A stretch of 64,000 nt of DNA, taken from assembly GCF_018977255.1 (NCBI RefSeq), contig NW_024704743.1:71984001-72048000 (forward strand), read 5' to 3'. Source of the stretch: Callorhinchus milii. Lineage: Eukaryota. Positions 11,301 through 26,300 of the stretch are shown here, piece by piece; the first letter of the stretch is position 1, and each line of letters opens with the position of its first letter. The notes beneath the pieces were generated by a model that ran no database searches, had not been told where the DNA came from, and was given only the letters and a program-made list of their open reading frames with translations. A program made the position numbers and the translations under genes.

Positions 11301-14300
11301 CATTGATCATTCTTCACGTGGAGTCTAGTTATTGAATGTTGACATACTATTTGACCCAATGCAGAGGGAGAGGGGTAAAAATGAGACATCAAAACTGTTG
11401 TCACCTAACGTCAATAAACACACATCTCCTGTAATAGCCATCTGATAGCAGTATGAGCAGGAGCCTGGCTGATGTTTCCCCCTTTCTAACCCTAAGCACT
11501 GAGACCAATTGTACCAGTGCGGCTGCCATCAAACCAGGAAATCAAAGCTAAATTCCTCCAGGTTTGAATGGCTCAGTATAGTCAGTGGATTTAACACTGA
11601 ATTGTCAAAGGCCTTAATCCAGATGAGTACTCTATCCTTTCACAGCAAATAGCAACTTGTCAACACAACTGCAATGTGGTTTGTGCTGCGATTGAGCAAC
11701 CATTTTACAAGATGCGGGATTTTCTCAGTTGGGGTGCTCAGAAATATCTATTTATGGATACGATTCAGGGGCTAACAGAGACAGAGAGCGGACAGGCTCT
11801 ATTCGGTGAGTGAGAGAAAGAAAGTGTTGCTACTGGGGGGAGCAGAAGAGAACAGTCGTTGTTGTGAGAGAGAAGGGATGTCACTGTGTGGCGCTATTGT
11901 GATAGCATGATTCTTCATGAAGATGTTTTGGTTATTACTGTATTGTTTTTTGTGATGTACTGATATCCACACTATTATCATATTCACAAAGGGGCTGGTC
12001 TCAAATAATACGGATATCAGGCTCTGTACTACAGTAATATTCTGATGAAATGTAGCATTGAAGAGAAAGCACAGATAAAGCAGTAGGAATAGTAGTTACC
12101 CCTAGCAATCCATAGATAATATAATTTATTGTTTAAATAATGAAGTTGACTGTTTGTGGAGCACTGCTGTGTGCAATTGGCTTCCTCGTTTCGCCCACAA
12201 AATATAGTCAATCCACTTTGCAATATATTCTGTGATGTGCCTTGAGACGTCTCAATTACATGATGAGGCACTATATCAAATGCAAGTATTATTATTATAA
12301 TAATAATTTGTTTCTTTGGTGCAGAAGTAATATTGACTTCAGTGTAGAAGCTATAGTCTGTCAGAGCTGAACACTTCAGCTTAGGCCTGCAACACAACTT
12401 GACCTTTCAGCTAGGTTTTTGCTGATGTGTTCCATGGTATTAAAATAGATCGGTCTGCTAATCCCTCATTGCTACTGTAATCTCTCTTCACCCGCCGAAC
12501 TTAACCCTAGGAAAGGTCACATCCTATAAATATAATTAGGAAATACAGTATAAGTCAGGTTGTACTTTTTTTTGCCAAATCTGCCAAATATTTAAACATT
12601 AAGCTCTTTATTGCTGAATTGGTGAATAACAGAGTCGAGTCCAAAGATGAAAAGCAGAGTATAAACATTTCTGGCCTGACGGATTGTCTGTCAGATATCG
12701 TCTTGAATGGGAGCTAACTTTCTACAGTTAATAATAATCCTTGCATTTGATATAGCGATTTTCACGTTGGGAGGACATCCCAAAGCGCTTCACAGAACAC
12801 ACTGTAAAGTGAATTGACTGCATATTTGTGGGCGAACGCGGCAGCCAATTGCGCATAGCAATGTCCCACAAACAGTCGTAGATTGAAAATGACCAATTTA
12901 TTATTGTTTTTGGAAGGATTATTATTAGGCGTGTGGAGTAAGGAAACTTGCCCAATGTTTCGCCCTGCCTGGAATTGAACTCAGGTCTCTCACTTGCAAA
13001 GCAAGTGCTCTAACCACTGAGCTACAGGACTCCATGATGTCAACAAGTCCAAGGCCTTCCTGCTTGGCTTCTGTCAGCATCTCCACACCTCGGGATCTGA
13101 CACCATCACCATTCATGGATGCACACTCCACTTCACTGAACCAGTCCAGAACCTTGGCCACTTTGTTTGACCCTCAATTGTCCTTTCTACGCCAGATCCC
13201 AACCCCCAGTTTGAGTCCAAATCCTTGACCGTCCAGTGCTTTGAGACATCCTCCCGACGTGAAAGGCACTATACAAATGCAATTTGTTGTTGTTACACAA
13301 ACATAACCAGAAAATGATTAAGAAACTTTGATTCCAGTAATAGCTTCTTCAAAAATGTACAACATGCCATCTGCATTTCCTAACAATGGATGAGCAATGA
13401 AAATCACATCAGAAATATATCATTACATTACACAAGGCGTTGAGGTCATATATGCTGTAAAAATGCAAAATCATTCATTCAACTAAACAAAACTTGCACA
13501 GACCAAGTGAAAATTAACACCATGCTACATGCCAGCTAATGAGCAGCCAATTGCTGGGAAAGTCACAAGAATGCGTTTGCTCAAGTACCAATTCACTTCC
13601 AATACATATGGTTTGTTGAATCAGGTAGGTAAAGGTTCCCCCCTCCCCCAACTCCACCCCCTCTCCAGCATTTTGAGACATGAAAGGCAAATTTACAATT
13701 TACAAATAAACCTTTGTTTTGCCTATGCAAATGTTCTCCTTTGATTGCTTCTATATACTTTACAATATTCTAAGTTGAATATAGGTTTCATTTTACCCAT
13801 GAGTTCAATCACTCACTCATACATTAACAAGGGTGATCCCAAGTTGCTTGAACAAGTGCCTCAATAGTAACATTCCCAGATTTACTATATAAGGTACCTA
13901 GTAAATTAGTCACAGTATTTAGATCTCAAGCATAGGCAAGCTAGTTGACCATGGAGGATATCACAGATCCTCCTCACCTGTCAGGATATAGAGGCAATTT
14001 CCTAGAGTGATCACTAGATTGAGATCAGGATTTAAATTTTTAATTATTTTCCAGGGACAGAAGGCAAAATGTAGTGCCCTCATCGATTCAAGATCAGCTA
14101 ATTCAGCACAGACTGGAGACTGAAGGTGGTCTAAATGGCTGTGCTACTTCACCAAGGGAGCGATTAATTTTGTGATTTGAACCCACAGATTCACAGAAAT
14201 GGGGAATACTGGGACTCCTCTCCCATCCAGTAACTTGGGTTGCAACTCGAGCGGCTCTACGGGGAGGAACATGACCAGTGAAACGCAAGAGGCAACGTCA

Positions 14301-17300
14301 TCCCAAGGCACTAGCATAATATTCTCAGCCCCAACTCCCAGTTGGTCAATGGTGGATCCGAGAATGGGTCATCCACGCTCTCTGGAGCTGGTGATGAATG
14401 ATGCAGGGGATCAGAGAGAAGTCAGACCTTCAAAAAAAATAACTCTACAAGTTCAGAAAAAATCAGAATTGCAAAATCTTTCTGGCACCACTTACCCAGC
14501 AACAAGCAATGCGAGTTTAAAAAAAATAATAATTTCAAATCGTGCAACCTACAAGCAAGTTCCTTAACTTAAAGGTTAACAAATTTAACACACCACAGAA
14601 ACTTAAATTGTCAAAATTCTTCTGCCACTGAAAGCACAACAGCTGAAAAAGTAAAACAGATTTACCTATTGTGGTTTCACAGAACTGTTCCGCTGCAACC
14701 TCATTAGCTATATTGGCCCCCATTAACACACTGACATCTATTTTCATTTTCTCCCTGATTATATCAGAAATCAATTTTAGTCCCTCAGGCCCTTCATCAA
14801 TTCCCTGGAATCAAGTGTAAATTAACAAAAAATTAAAACGAGAAATCAACGAGTAGGGAAAAAACAACACTGCAAATTTCAGAGCGATTGAAAACTATTC
14901 AGGAAGATATTTTGTATGGATTTACAGTCTTTTTCGCAATTTATAGATTTCAGCATTATCCACGTAACAGCCACTGGATTTCGAAGTCAGTAAATATTTG
15001 TAATGAACACACAGGCCTAGACAATATTGTATTCTTTAATTTTGGCTTGGTGAGTGTACATGCCAACAACAGATTTTTGCTCAATAAATATCGTCTATCA
15101 GCCACAGCTGGATTTAAAATTTCTAATATCTCTTTCACAGCAATTTTCTTGTCGCTTTTGAACACATCAATTTTGTGCTGAGGTAGTTCCTCGGGTGCCT
15201 GTTGTCCTTGGGTCCTCACGCAAGTCACTATTTTAACATTGTCAGGCTTTTCGACCATGCGGGAGTGCACAACAGCCAAGCATGACCCTGTCCTCAACAA
15301 TATTTGTGCACATCTTAAACAGGGCTTGCTGATCAGTGAAGTGATGGTGATCAAGAGTAGGACTCCTAGCTGAACTCCGGTCAATTGCTGTGTGTCACTG
15401 CTACCCCAAATGATATTACCTAACCCACACAAACCGGGAATCAAATTGAGACTTTCCTACTCTGTGTGGATCAGTTGCTCAATGCATAAATCTCACTGAG
15501 CCAACAGGCAAACCCTGTCTTTCATGCGTATTTACTAACTTGCTGGCTGCTTTGGCTTAAACAAACACCAGAGGTAAGACAGATCTACTTTACAACAGTT
15601 ACCACACCAATGGGCTACTCTCAGCCTTCACCTATCGGGTAAGTAGTCATTAAAACTTCAAATGAATAGGTGACAGTCCCAAATGCAAAATTTTGCAAAT
15701 CATAAGCAACCATTTCCAACCCTTCCCAATCCCGCATAATTGCAACCCTCACTTGTACTGATCCTAAAGTGAACCAGTCACCAATTGATCATCAGACTGT
15801 CTCAACGAGTTTAAGATTCAAGAGGATATACCCAGCATTGCTTTGAGTTAAGATTACAGTGTAAACAGTACATGTTAACAAAGACAGATCGATTTTTAAG
15901 TCAGCCGGGTGACTGACACATTCAGAATTCCATCTCCGTACTTAAAGAATACCCAACCCAGACAGATTTCCACATATACATGCCACATATGCATTGAAAT
16001 TTCCCTTTCATTTGGAACTGAGTGTGCATTCTCTCCATGGGGAATTGCATTCTACTAAACTCAAAAAGGATTAGGTGTAGGTTGGCAGGAATCAAAGCTT
16101 GGAGACCCCAGAGTGTGTACTGGGGTACTGCTGCTTTAAACCAGCTAAATCTGCATAGCTTGCCATTACAAGCATTGTCTGGCAAGCTTACTGTTACTTG
16201 TCCAGTTAGGTCAACCCTATTCATTAAGGTTTGGGCTTGCAGCGACAACTGGAACCAAATGGGAAGATTCCCTGCCCCGAGTATGGTCTACTCCAAGATT
16301 TGCCAACAAACTGGGCTGGCTGGACTGTCCTCAACAGTACATTAGAGTGTTGCAGAAGACATAGATTACCAAGACCACCCACCTCAACTCTAATATTCTA
16401 TTGCCAGACACCTCACCTTGAGGCCAGCTCAGCACCAAAGAGATCTTGCTTTCTTAAGCCCGCTCCCCCAAACGAGTCATTAAACATCCAACAAGTTCAG
16501 GTTTGAACCCTTTCTAGGTATATAGCAGATACCAGGAACTCCTTGCAAGCCTCATGGTGACTTTGCATGACATGTGTAACAGCACAGCCACCATCTTTCT
16601 GCTCACAGCTCTGAAACACATCCCTACCTGACAGTTACTTCTCCTGTCACTAATTCCTTTAGGAGGCTGTTCCTGTTGAGATACACGTGCAGACATAAGA
16701 TTCCCTTTCAGGATAAAAATGTTTCAGAAGCTCATTTGATCTAACAGGCATTAAACCCTTTATTAACTAAGAGAAAGTCAAGTACTTTGACGACACAAAA
16801 TAGAATGTCTTTTATTCACTATAGTTGTATAAAAGATGCAAGTGTTAACATATAACATTGGATACGATTAGGCTCATAAAAGCTTGTAAACATTATAACC
16901 TTTTATTATCATTGGTGTAGCTTTCTCAGGTCTTTACTGCATAGTCTTATCTGGATCACCTCTCACTTTAGTTAGCAAAGCCCCTTGAGTCATCTCTCCC
17001 TTTGACTGCAATTGTCCCTTTAGAGTGTCTTCTTTGTATCTTAGGTCTTTCTGCTTGTCGCTGTTCTTTATCAGTTAACAGGTAACAATGTTTGGTAATG
17101 GGAGTCTCTCGCCCTCAGTCTCTAGTCTAAGCGATCTGAGAAGCTACCTGCATGAAGGGTATTGTATGAATGCAAGATGTCGTTGTAGCCTTTTTGTTTC
17201 TGTTTAACGAGAGTCTTCAAACGATCTTGCTTTCGTAGCAAAACTGAGTTTTGTGAGTCTCTACATACATCTGGACAAAATCCATTCAAATTTTATCAGG

Positions 17301-20300
17301 CCCAATCTGTTGAGAATCAGTTTGCCATCTGCTCAGCTATTGGTATCGGTATTCAGAGCTGGTCTTTTTCGAATCAGCCGGTTTCTCAAATCTTGAATCT
17401 CCCTCTCTCCACAGAACTCACCATTAGCATACCTGTTGGATATTGGGATATTAGGTAACAGGTTGTGAAAAAGTTGCAAGTGGTAAACATATAACAGTGG
17501 ATATTATTGGGTTCATAAAGGCTTGTAATCAATCTCACCTACTACGTTGTCACAGGTGACAAATATTGCCTCTGTGTGAGTATTGATTTTGGTTAATTAT
17601 TTTACTCCATCTTTTACAGACTGGTTCGGTTTGCTTTTACTTCATGCCTAGTTAATATCAAACTGACCTCTTTGTAACCCTAATAAGTTGCCAGCAGAAA
17701 AGCTCTTTGCTTCAGCTAACCAGACACTGAAATTTGGTACCTTGACCAAATTAATCCCTTCTATACAATTGATACGAATGTTATTTAGGTGTCAGCCTGA
17801 CCATTTGATTCCCGGGCAGGGCAAAACCTTAGTCAAGTTTCCTTACTTCACACACATGCCTCTGTTTACCTAGCTGTAAGTAGGAACCCGGTTGTTAGTT
17901 GATTGGCGGATTGTGTTTCCAGGGGTAATAATTCCTTCCCCAAAATAATTTAAAAAGTTGGTCACTCAATCCACCACTGTTTGTGGGACACTGCTGTGCG
18001 CAATTGGCTGCCACGTTTCGCCCACATAATATACAGTCAATTCACTTTGCAGTATTTTCTGTGAAGTGCTTTGAGACATCTCAATGACATGACAAGGCGC
18101 TATATCAAATGCAAGGATTATTATTATTATTTATTGCTGTGAACAAATTGGCTGCTATATTCACCTACAAAATACAGATACTACACTTTACAGTAAATCC
18201 TGTGAAGCTCTTCAAGACGTCTCCCAATGTAAAAGGTGGTTTATTAAATGCAAAGGTTATTTTAAAGATTCCTACAATAATAATCCTTACATTAGATATA
18301 ACAACAAAATTATGTTTGTATAGCGCCTTTCACCTAGGGAGGATATCCCAAGACACTGGACAATCAGCGTTTCAGACCCGAGCTGGGGGTCGGGATCAGG
18401 GAAGGTGGAGGCCAGGGGGTGGGAGAACGAAGGTAATCGAAGGCACGGTCGAAGAGGAGGGTCTTGAGACGGGTCCTGAAGGAGGCAAGGGAGGGGGCAA
18501 GGCAGATGGGAGTTCCAGAAGGTGGGGGCAAAGTGGCAGAAGACCCGCCCACCAATGGCGAGGGACATGAAGCAGGCAGGCAGGGGGAGCAAGGCTATGA
18601 AGGGCTTTGTAGGTGAGGACCAAGATTTTGAACCGTAACCTGTGTGATGGGAAGTCAGTGGAGTCGGGCAAGGAAGTGGGCGATAGTTTCACAGAGCCTG
18701 GTACGGGAGTGGACACAGCTGCAGAATTCTGGATGATCTGCAGCCTACGTAGGGAGGAGCTCGGGAGGCTGACAAACAGGGAGTTTGCATTGTCAAGCCT
18801 GGATGTTGTGAATGCGTGTAGGAGGGTCTCAGCGCCCTGCAGTGTGAGACAGTGGCGGAGCTGGAATACAGAAAATTCATATAAGTCTCATCTTTATGAA
18901 TCATATAATCGCCTAAGTCGTACATTTACCTGAGTCTCATTCAGTTTCCTATCAAAACCGCGATAGATTTCCTTGCACTATTCATATTGATCACCTCCTA
19001 ACTGATAACATTGCTCCCCTATACTCCCATAGTTACTGGTTGCATTGACTCATGAGAAATATAGCCTTGATCTGTTGACGCATGTGCAGAACAACTTATT
19101 TCCCACAATTCAATGTAATTCCAATGCTTGCCGGTAAGTGCACGTGTGCCAATGGGTCAAGATGTATTGAATTGAATTTTCTCTTTAAAGTTTAGTGAAT
19201 ATATTTTTATGTGCACAATGTCCTACAAAAAGCATGAAATGATTGACCAATTTTATTTTATTTGAGGGATTGTTTGCCAGGACAATGGGAGAAACTCCCT
19301 TCTCTTTTCAAATAACAAATAATTAGTGACTATCCACCTTAGAGTTTAGCGGACGTCCTGTCGACAAGTTTGGCAATGGAATATCAGAATCAAGTCAACC
19401 CTCTGTTATTTTGGTAGTTTGGTTCCTCAGCTAGGTGGAACTGCAGTTACTCCAAGTTACTCCACTGCTGAAGACAGCCCATCCAGCCTTACTCATTGGC
19501 AAGATTTAGAGGGGCAGACTGGCTAGGTAAGAGTTAGGTAAGTGGGTTGTGTTGCTCCAGGGAGAGAGAGTACATTCCATTCTAGATAAGAGACATGTCC
19601 ATGGTTGGTAACACATATACATGGAACACTCCACATATGGAGTCTGGTTTGGATACCCTAAAGCATGGTGGTGGGTTTAAGTACATATCTGACAAAGAGC
19701 CGACCAAAACTTAACATTGAATAGTACCATAGGATCTTTACATACACCTGAACAGGCAGATAGCACCTCACTTTTAACACATCATCTGAAGGATGGCACC
19801 TATAACAACACAACACTCTTCCAGCACTGCAATGTCAGGGTAGACTGTGAATTCAAAGTCCCAATGTAGTTGAACCCGATTTGTGAGCGGTACCAAATGA
19901 GCTAGGCTGACATGCAACACAAGTTGTGCTGGGACAGTCACTTAGTCACATTTATATAGACCTTCAGAAGAGCTCAGTATTCTAAAAATCCTTCTGGAGA
20001 CGTTTGGATTAGGACCACAGTGCACACAGAACTCAATCCCAGAAACCGGCAAACGCTCAGTCAACTTAAAAATATCTTTGAAAGGCCACAACCCTAAACA
20101 GAGTGGAGGCTGATTCTGTCTTTGCAACAGGCAAGTCAGCCAACTGGCTCTCCAACCAATATCTTCTTCCAACAGTAACCATGTTGGTGTGTATCTGGGC
20201 ATTACCAGACTCCAAATTGGCCGATTAAGCAATTGGATACCATTACTTAGCTGCGGGACAGTAGTGGGTTATGAAAGGGTCAGCAGCTACCATGGCTGCC

Positions 20301-23300
20301 CTGTCCCTTGGTCTTTTGGAGGCACCTAGTTCACAGTATACCTCAGTGTAAAGGATCTGCAGATAGATGAAAAGTCCATCAATTGCATGACAGCAATTAG
20401 TGCATTCGGCTCTCAGGGTGGCATGTCTCTTTTGGCCACAATTGACTGTCTTCTTGCCCAAGGATTCAATGTCCTCACAGGCCTCGTTTCAGTCTCCCTC
20501 TGAGATGCTTATAACCTTGCAAGGAAGATGCATCCGAGTTGGATGAAAAGCATTCACCTATAGAGAAATAAAGTACTTAGTTCCATCAATTATGTTGATT
20601 TCACATCCACAAAAAACAAGACTACTGTTGAAAGGCTACTGATAAATGATGCAGTTTACATCAACACAGGTATGAAAAATATGCATTTCCTTGTGTAATT
20701 ACAGGTTTACTTCAGAGCCTATTAAAAAGTTGATTATAGTAAACCTTATGAGCAGTAGTTTCAGAATACTTGTAACATTACAGGGAGATTAGTTACAAAT
20801 AATGCATTTTACTTACCATATTGTTGAGTGTCTGGGGAGATACTTTCTCTCTTTCTATGGAAGGAATTGCTTGGCGATTGTCCATCCAAGTTATTGTTTG
20901 GTTCCTTAATGCTTCAGGCAGTGCTTTACTGCTAAGACGTTTGATTATTGCATTCCATTTTTTCTTTGCAATCATTCAGTCGTTAACCAATTTTCTATAT
21001 CCCAATAGTATTTAAGAAACTGATGACTTTTTGAGATAATGTAGCTTCTGGTATTTTATCAGAGTCAGATACTAGGCAGCACTGATTTTGTGCCAAAAAA
21101 TACCTTTCAATTAACTAAAATTAAAAAAAACTAAGAATTTTGTAAAATGGAAATAAACCAGGAAAACCAGTCAAAAATTGATACAGTAAAACTCGCAAAA
21201 GTCTGGTCTATATGAATCATATAATCGCCAAAGTCTTACATCTGCCCAAGTCTTGTTCAAGAGTTTATATCCTATGCAAGTTTGAAATAACTCAAACTTT
21301 CCATAAGTCATATTAAATGTCTGGTCCCAACTGATATGACTTATGTGAGGTTTACTGTATCTAAAAGGGAAAGAAAAGTTAACATGTTGGTATGATCCTT
21401 CCTCAGCGTTAACAACTTTGCAGCACATATAAAAGGCAAATAAGGCCATACCCAGGAAACAAAATGCATAAGGAAAACGTTAACAGTTGATAATCAGTAA
21501 CCTTGAGATAATGATACTTATAATACACTGTAGATTGTGAAATGTTAAAAAAAGGGTTGTAAATAAAAGTAGTTTCAGACAGAAGTAAAACATGCCAACA
21601 TTATTCAGACAAGAGAAATCAAAGGTGTTAAGGGAGATGGAAAAATGGTATCTTAGACGAGTACAATGGAAAATGGGTGAAGACAGCCAAGGCCTAACAT
21701 TAATAAAGCCCAGGTCATCAGACTGAAGAGAATCCAATATTTCCTGCTAATGAGCTGACAGGTAAACAGGCGAGTGACTAGCAACCAAAGAAGTTGAACT
21801 AAGAAGTTGCTGAGTTAATCACAAATGGGGTCAATGCACCCCAGATAAACTACACTGCTGATAAGGAACATCAACAAACTTCCCCCTCCATAGGTAAGGA
21901 GCAAAACAACCCATTGGTGTGTGACAATGACCATGTAAATTGACAGAGTAACATTTTTTTATTTAAGTACCTTTATAAGGCTTATACCAAGTGCTTTTTG
22001 TGGCACGTGACCAGTAATCGTATCACAGAGCTTACGAATGAATTGATGAGGAACGACAAACACCAATAGATCGGCACCATCTACAGCTTCCTTCAAGTCT
22101 GGAACAGCAACCTGCAATAAATAGCATAGTGGATTTTTAGACAGAAAATATATTGCACCTTGTTATGCTTAATAATACAGTAAAGCTCACATAAGCTGTA
22201 TTAGTTAAAACCATAATATTTAATATGACTTACGTGAAGGCTGAGTACAGACAAACTGTAGAAGTCGTATAAAATCGATTTAATCAATAATCTAAACAGG
22301 CTATGAGTAATTCAGTGTGCATGCTGTACTTTCTCTCTGGGCATACGGCAATGGGTCAAGACTATGTGTCCCGCGATTCAATACATCTTGATCCATCGCC
22401 ACATGTGCACTAAGCAACAAGCATTGGAATCATACTGAATCGTGGAAATGAAGTTCAACTGTACATGTGGTGATAGATCAAGAGTATGTTTTCTGCAATT
22501 CAATCAGCCAGCCGGTAAGTGCACATGCGGTGACCGATCTGGACATCATTTCCTGTGATTCAATGTAAGCGGTAAGTGTGGGAGTAATGGAGGATTTAGG
22601 AACGATGTTACAAGTTAAGAGATGACAAACACAACCAGTGCAAAGAAATCTAAGTGGTTTTGATAGGAAACTGATTGGGACTCTGATGCATGTACTACTT
22701 AGGCAAATATACGATTTTTTAAAGGTAAGAGTTATGTGAATTTTACTCTATAACCACTACCAGGTAGTATTCAGATTGGAAATGAAAGTCAGCAGCACAC
22801 CTAGTTATAACATAGTGGTGTTATAACAGTGGTTGGAAGCCTTAAAATGAGATCTCAACATAACCAAGGGGTTTGCTGCTGTTGGAAGGGAACAAAATAT
22901 AGCTGAACAACAATGGTGAATAGAAGAGAACTTCCTTCTACAATTCTATTCAGTATGAAACGAGTGCAGCACCACCACAACCTAGAGTTTTAAAGATTCT
23001 GGTAGACGTTAATATTGACTTATATTTGATAGGTTAACTGAAATCTGTGTCTTTATTAAATGAGAATAACCTTACCACATTTTTGGGCAGCTTGTAACCA
23101 GGAAGATATTTAATGTTTTCATGTTCTTGGTTTATAATATCAGTCAGTTTCCTTCCGTTAACCATCTCCTCAAAAACCCACATCTTCACCGTTTTGGAAA
23201 ACTTCTCAGCCTTTTCTGCATTCTTTCCAACAATTTTGGCAATTGCAGACCCCCTGTGGAAACAGGTAAAATGTAGGAATGTAAGACAGCTTTTTTAATG

Positions 23301-26300
23301 CATAAAAAAATCATAAGGAGACCACATTAGACATTCTTTTAAGGGTGAAATGAGGATATTTGAATGAACTGCAATTTACTGAGCAAAAGCAACTGAAAAC
23401 AAAATGGCCTCATCCAGTGAATATCTTGCCTTTGTCATCCAGTGTACAACCTATCTTTACCCTTTACACAAATACACAACACATATTTTGATAATATTGT
23501 TGGGGGGGTGGGGATGGGGGTTGCATTGGAGATAAAATAAATGAGCTAAGATTCTCTAGATTGATAATCGTAAGATTGGGAGAGAAAACAACATTGATCC
23601 AGGTTCCCACTTCCGATCACAATCCAGCTGGTAACGTAGGGATGCTGAGTGAGGATTCAATGCCCTCCACAAATCCATCTTAGCTGACCGCTCTGATTCT
23701 AAAGTTACATTTAACAAATGATACACAAGAAAGAAAAACAAAAGTACACTTCTAATGAAAATTCTTAAATAAAATTTGCATTTGATATAGCATCTATACC
23801 AACAACAAAATTACGTTTGTATAGTGCCTTTCACATCGGGAGGATGTCACCAAGGCACCTATGACATCAAGAACATCCCAAAGTGCTTCACAGGATTTTT
23901 CTATAAAGGTTTTTGACTGTATCTTCATTATATTTTTATATAAAAGTTAGTAACTTTGCATCTTGTAGGTGAACACAACAACAAATTTATACAGGGTAAT
24001 GTTCTCCAAATAGCCATGAAGTGAATGACCAATTTTATTCAGAGGAATATTGGTCAGGACACAGTGAGAAACTGGCATTTCAATGGGATCTTTAACCACC
24101 ACCTGAACATCACTTTAACATCCCATCCGAAGGATGGCATTTCCAACAACAACCAAATTACATTTATAGAGTGCCTTTCATGTCGGGAGGATGTCCCAAA
24201 GCCCTGGACAGTCAGGGATCGAGACCTGAGCATGGGGGAGGGGAGGGGTAGGGGTGAGGGAAGGCAGAAAGGTGGGCGGGCGACCGAAGGCACGATCAAA
24301 GAGAAGGGTCTTGAGAACGGCCTTGACGGAGGCAAGGGAGGAAGCGAGGTGAAGGTGAAGGAACTGTGGGATAGAGTTCCAGAGTGTGGAGGCAGAGAGG
24401 CTGAAAGCCCGACCACCGATGATAGGGTGGGTCGGGCGGGAGACATGGAGCAGCCGGAGCCCACTGAATGGAGGGAGCGGGCAGGTTGGTAGGGAGTCAA
24501 CAGGTCAGAGAGGTAGGAGGGGGCGAGGCCATGGATGGCCTTGAAAGTGAGGACGAGGATCTTGAATTCGATCCTCTGAGGGATGGGGAGCCAGTGGAGT
24601 CGGGAGAGGGTGGGAGTGATGGGGTCACACAGCCTGGTGCGCGAGAGTACACGAGCTGCAGAGTTTTGGATGATCTGCAGCTTGTGAAGGGAAGAGTTGG
24701 GAAGGCCGATGAGGAGGGAGTTTCCATAATCGAGCCTTGATGTGACGAATGCGTGGGTGAGGGTTTTGGCAGCCTGAGGGGTGAGGCAGTGGCGGAGTCT
24801 GGCAATGTTGTGGAGGTGGTGGTAGGCAGTGCCGGTCATGGCGTGGATGTGGGGGAGAAAGGACAGTTCAGGGTCAAACAAGACACCCAGGTTCCTGACT
24901 GGCTTAGTGAGGTTGAGATTGCAGCCGTGGAGGCTGATGCTGCCAGTGCCCGAGGTGCGGAGGCACTGGCGTGAGAAAATCAGGAGGGCCTCGGTCTTCC
25001 TGACGTTGAGTTGGAGAACGTTGTTCCTCGTCCAGGACTTGATGTCGGACAGGGAGTTAGTCAGGACGCCAGTAGTTTTGGAGTTCAGGGTAGGGGCAGA
25101 GAGGTAGAGTTGGGCATCATCTACCCCATGTCTGTGGATGATGTCACCAAGGGTGAGCATGTAGAGGGTGAAGAGGAGGGAACCGAGGACACAGCCCTGA
25201 GGGACACTGCACGAGATGGTGCAGGGGCTGGAGGAGAAACCGTTTGACGCAATAAAGTGGAGGCGGTGTGAAAGGTAGGAAATGAACCAGTCAAGGACAG
25301 AACCTTGAAGGTTGAGGTGGAAGGAGAGGCAGTGGAGGAGGATTGAATCATCCACAGTGTCAAACACGGTGGAGAGGTCGAGGAGGACGAGGGAGCCCTG
25401 GTCACACATGGTCAGGATGTCGTTTGTGACCTTGGCCAGAGTAGTTTCCGTGCTGTGGGCAGCAAGGAAACCCGATTGGAAGGGCTCATAGAGAGAGTGG
25501 GAGGAGAGGAAAGAGTGAAGCTGGGAGGCAACGGCTCTCTCAAGGACCTTGGACAGGAAAGGGAGGTTGGAGAAGGGCCTGTAGCTGGATAGCTGTGATG
25601 GGTCAAGAGAAGGTTTCTTCAAGGTGGGGTTGATAGTGGCTATTTTGAGGGGGGAAGGAACAGATGACAGGGAGAGGTTGATGATGTCGGCGAGTAGTGG
25701 GGCAAGGAGGTGGAGCTGGGATTTAAGGAGAGGGGTGGGGATGGGGTCCAGGGAGCAGGTGGTGGGCTTCATGGAGGATATGGTGGTGAAGACAGAGGAG
25801 GGGGTGACAGGTTCAAAGGTGTGGAAGGAGGGATGGGTAGTGGTCAGAGTGTGGGTGGGGGGTAGGGAGGGGGTGGAAGTTGGGAGGGCAGTGGCAGCTG
25901 AGCGGATTCCCTCGATTTTGGACTCGAGGAAGTCCAGCATTTTCTTGCAGTGGGAGTCAGAGGAAAGAATCTGCGAGGCGTGGCGAGGAGGGCAGAGGAG
26001 CCAGTTGGTGGTGGAGAACAGGAGCCTGGGGTTGCCCTTCGCCTTCAGGATTAACCTGGAATAGGAACTAATAAGAACCATGCAGCACTCCTACAGCATT
26101 GCATTAAAGCCTATAGCCATGAACTAAAGTCCCCATGTGGAGCTTGAACACATCTTGGGTCATCTTCCTACCCCCACATCCTTTGGCTGCCACCCCTTCC
26201 GAATTTAAACCACAGTTCGGGTACAAAACCTGGAATATCCAGACACCCCCCCACATGAAAAATCCTATATGAATGCAATTGTGCTACCAACTGAGCCAGG

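Noticed and set aside
14956..15444. 162-aa minus-strand ORF in GPD1L intron 3
   Set aside because: It overlaps an old SINE-like repeat, has no recognisable domain and no splice context.
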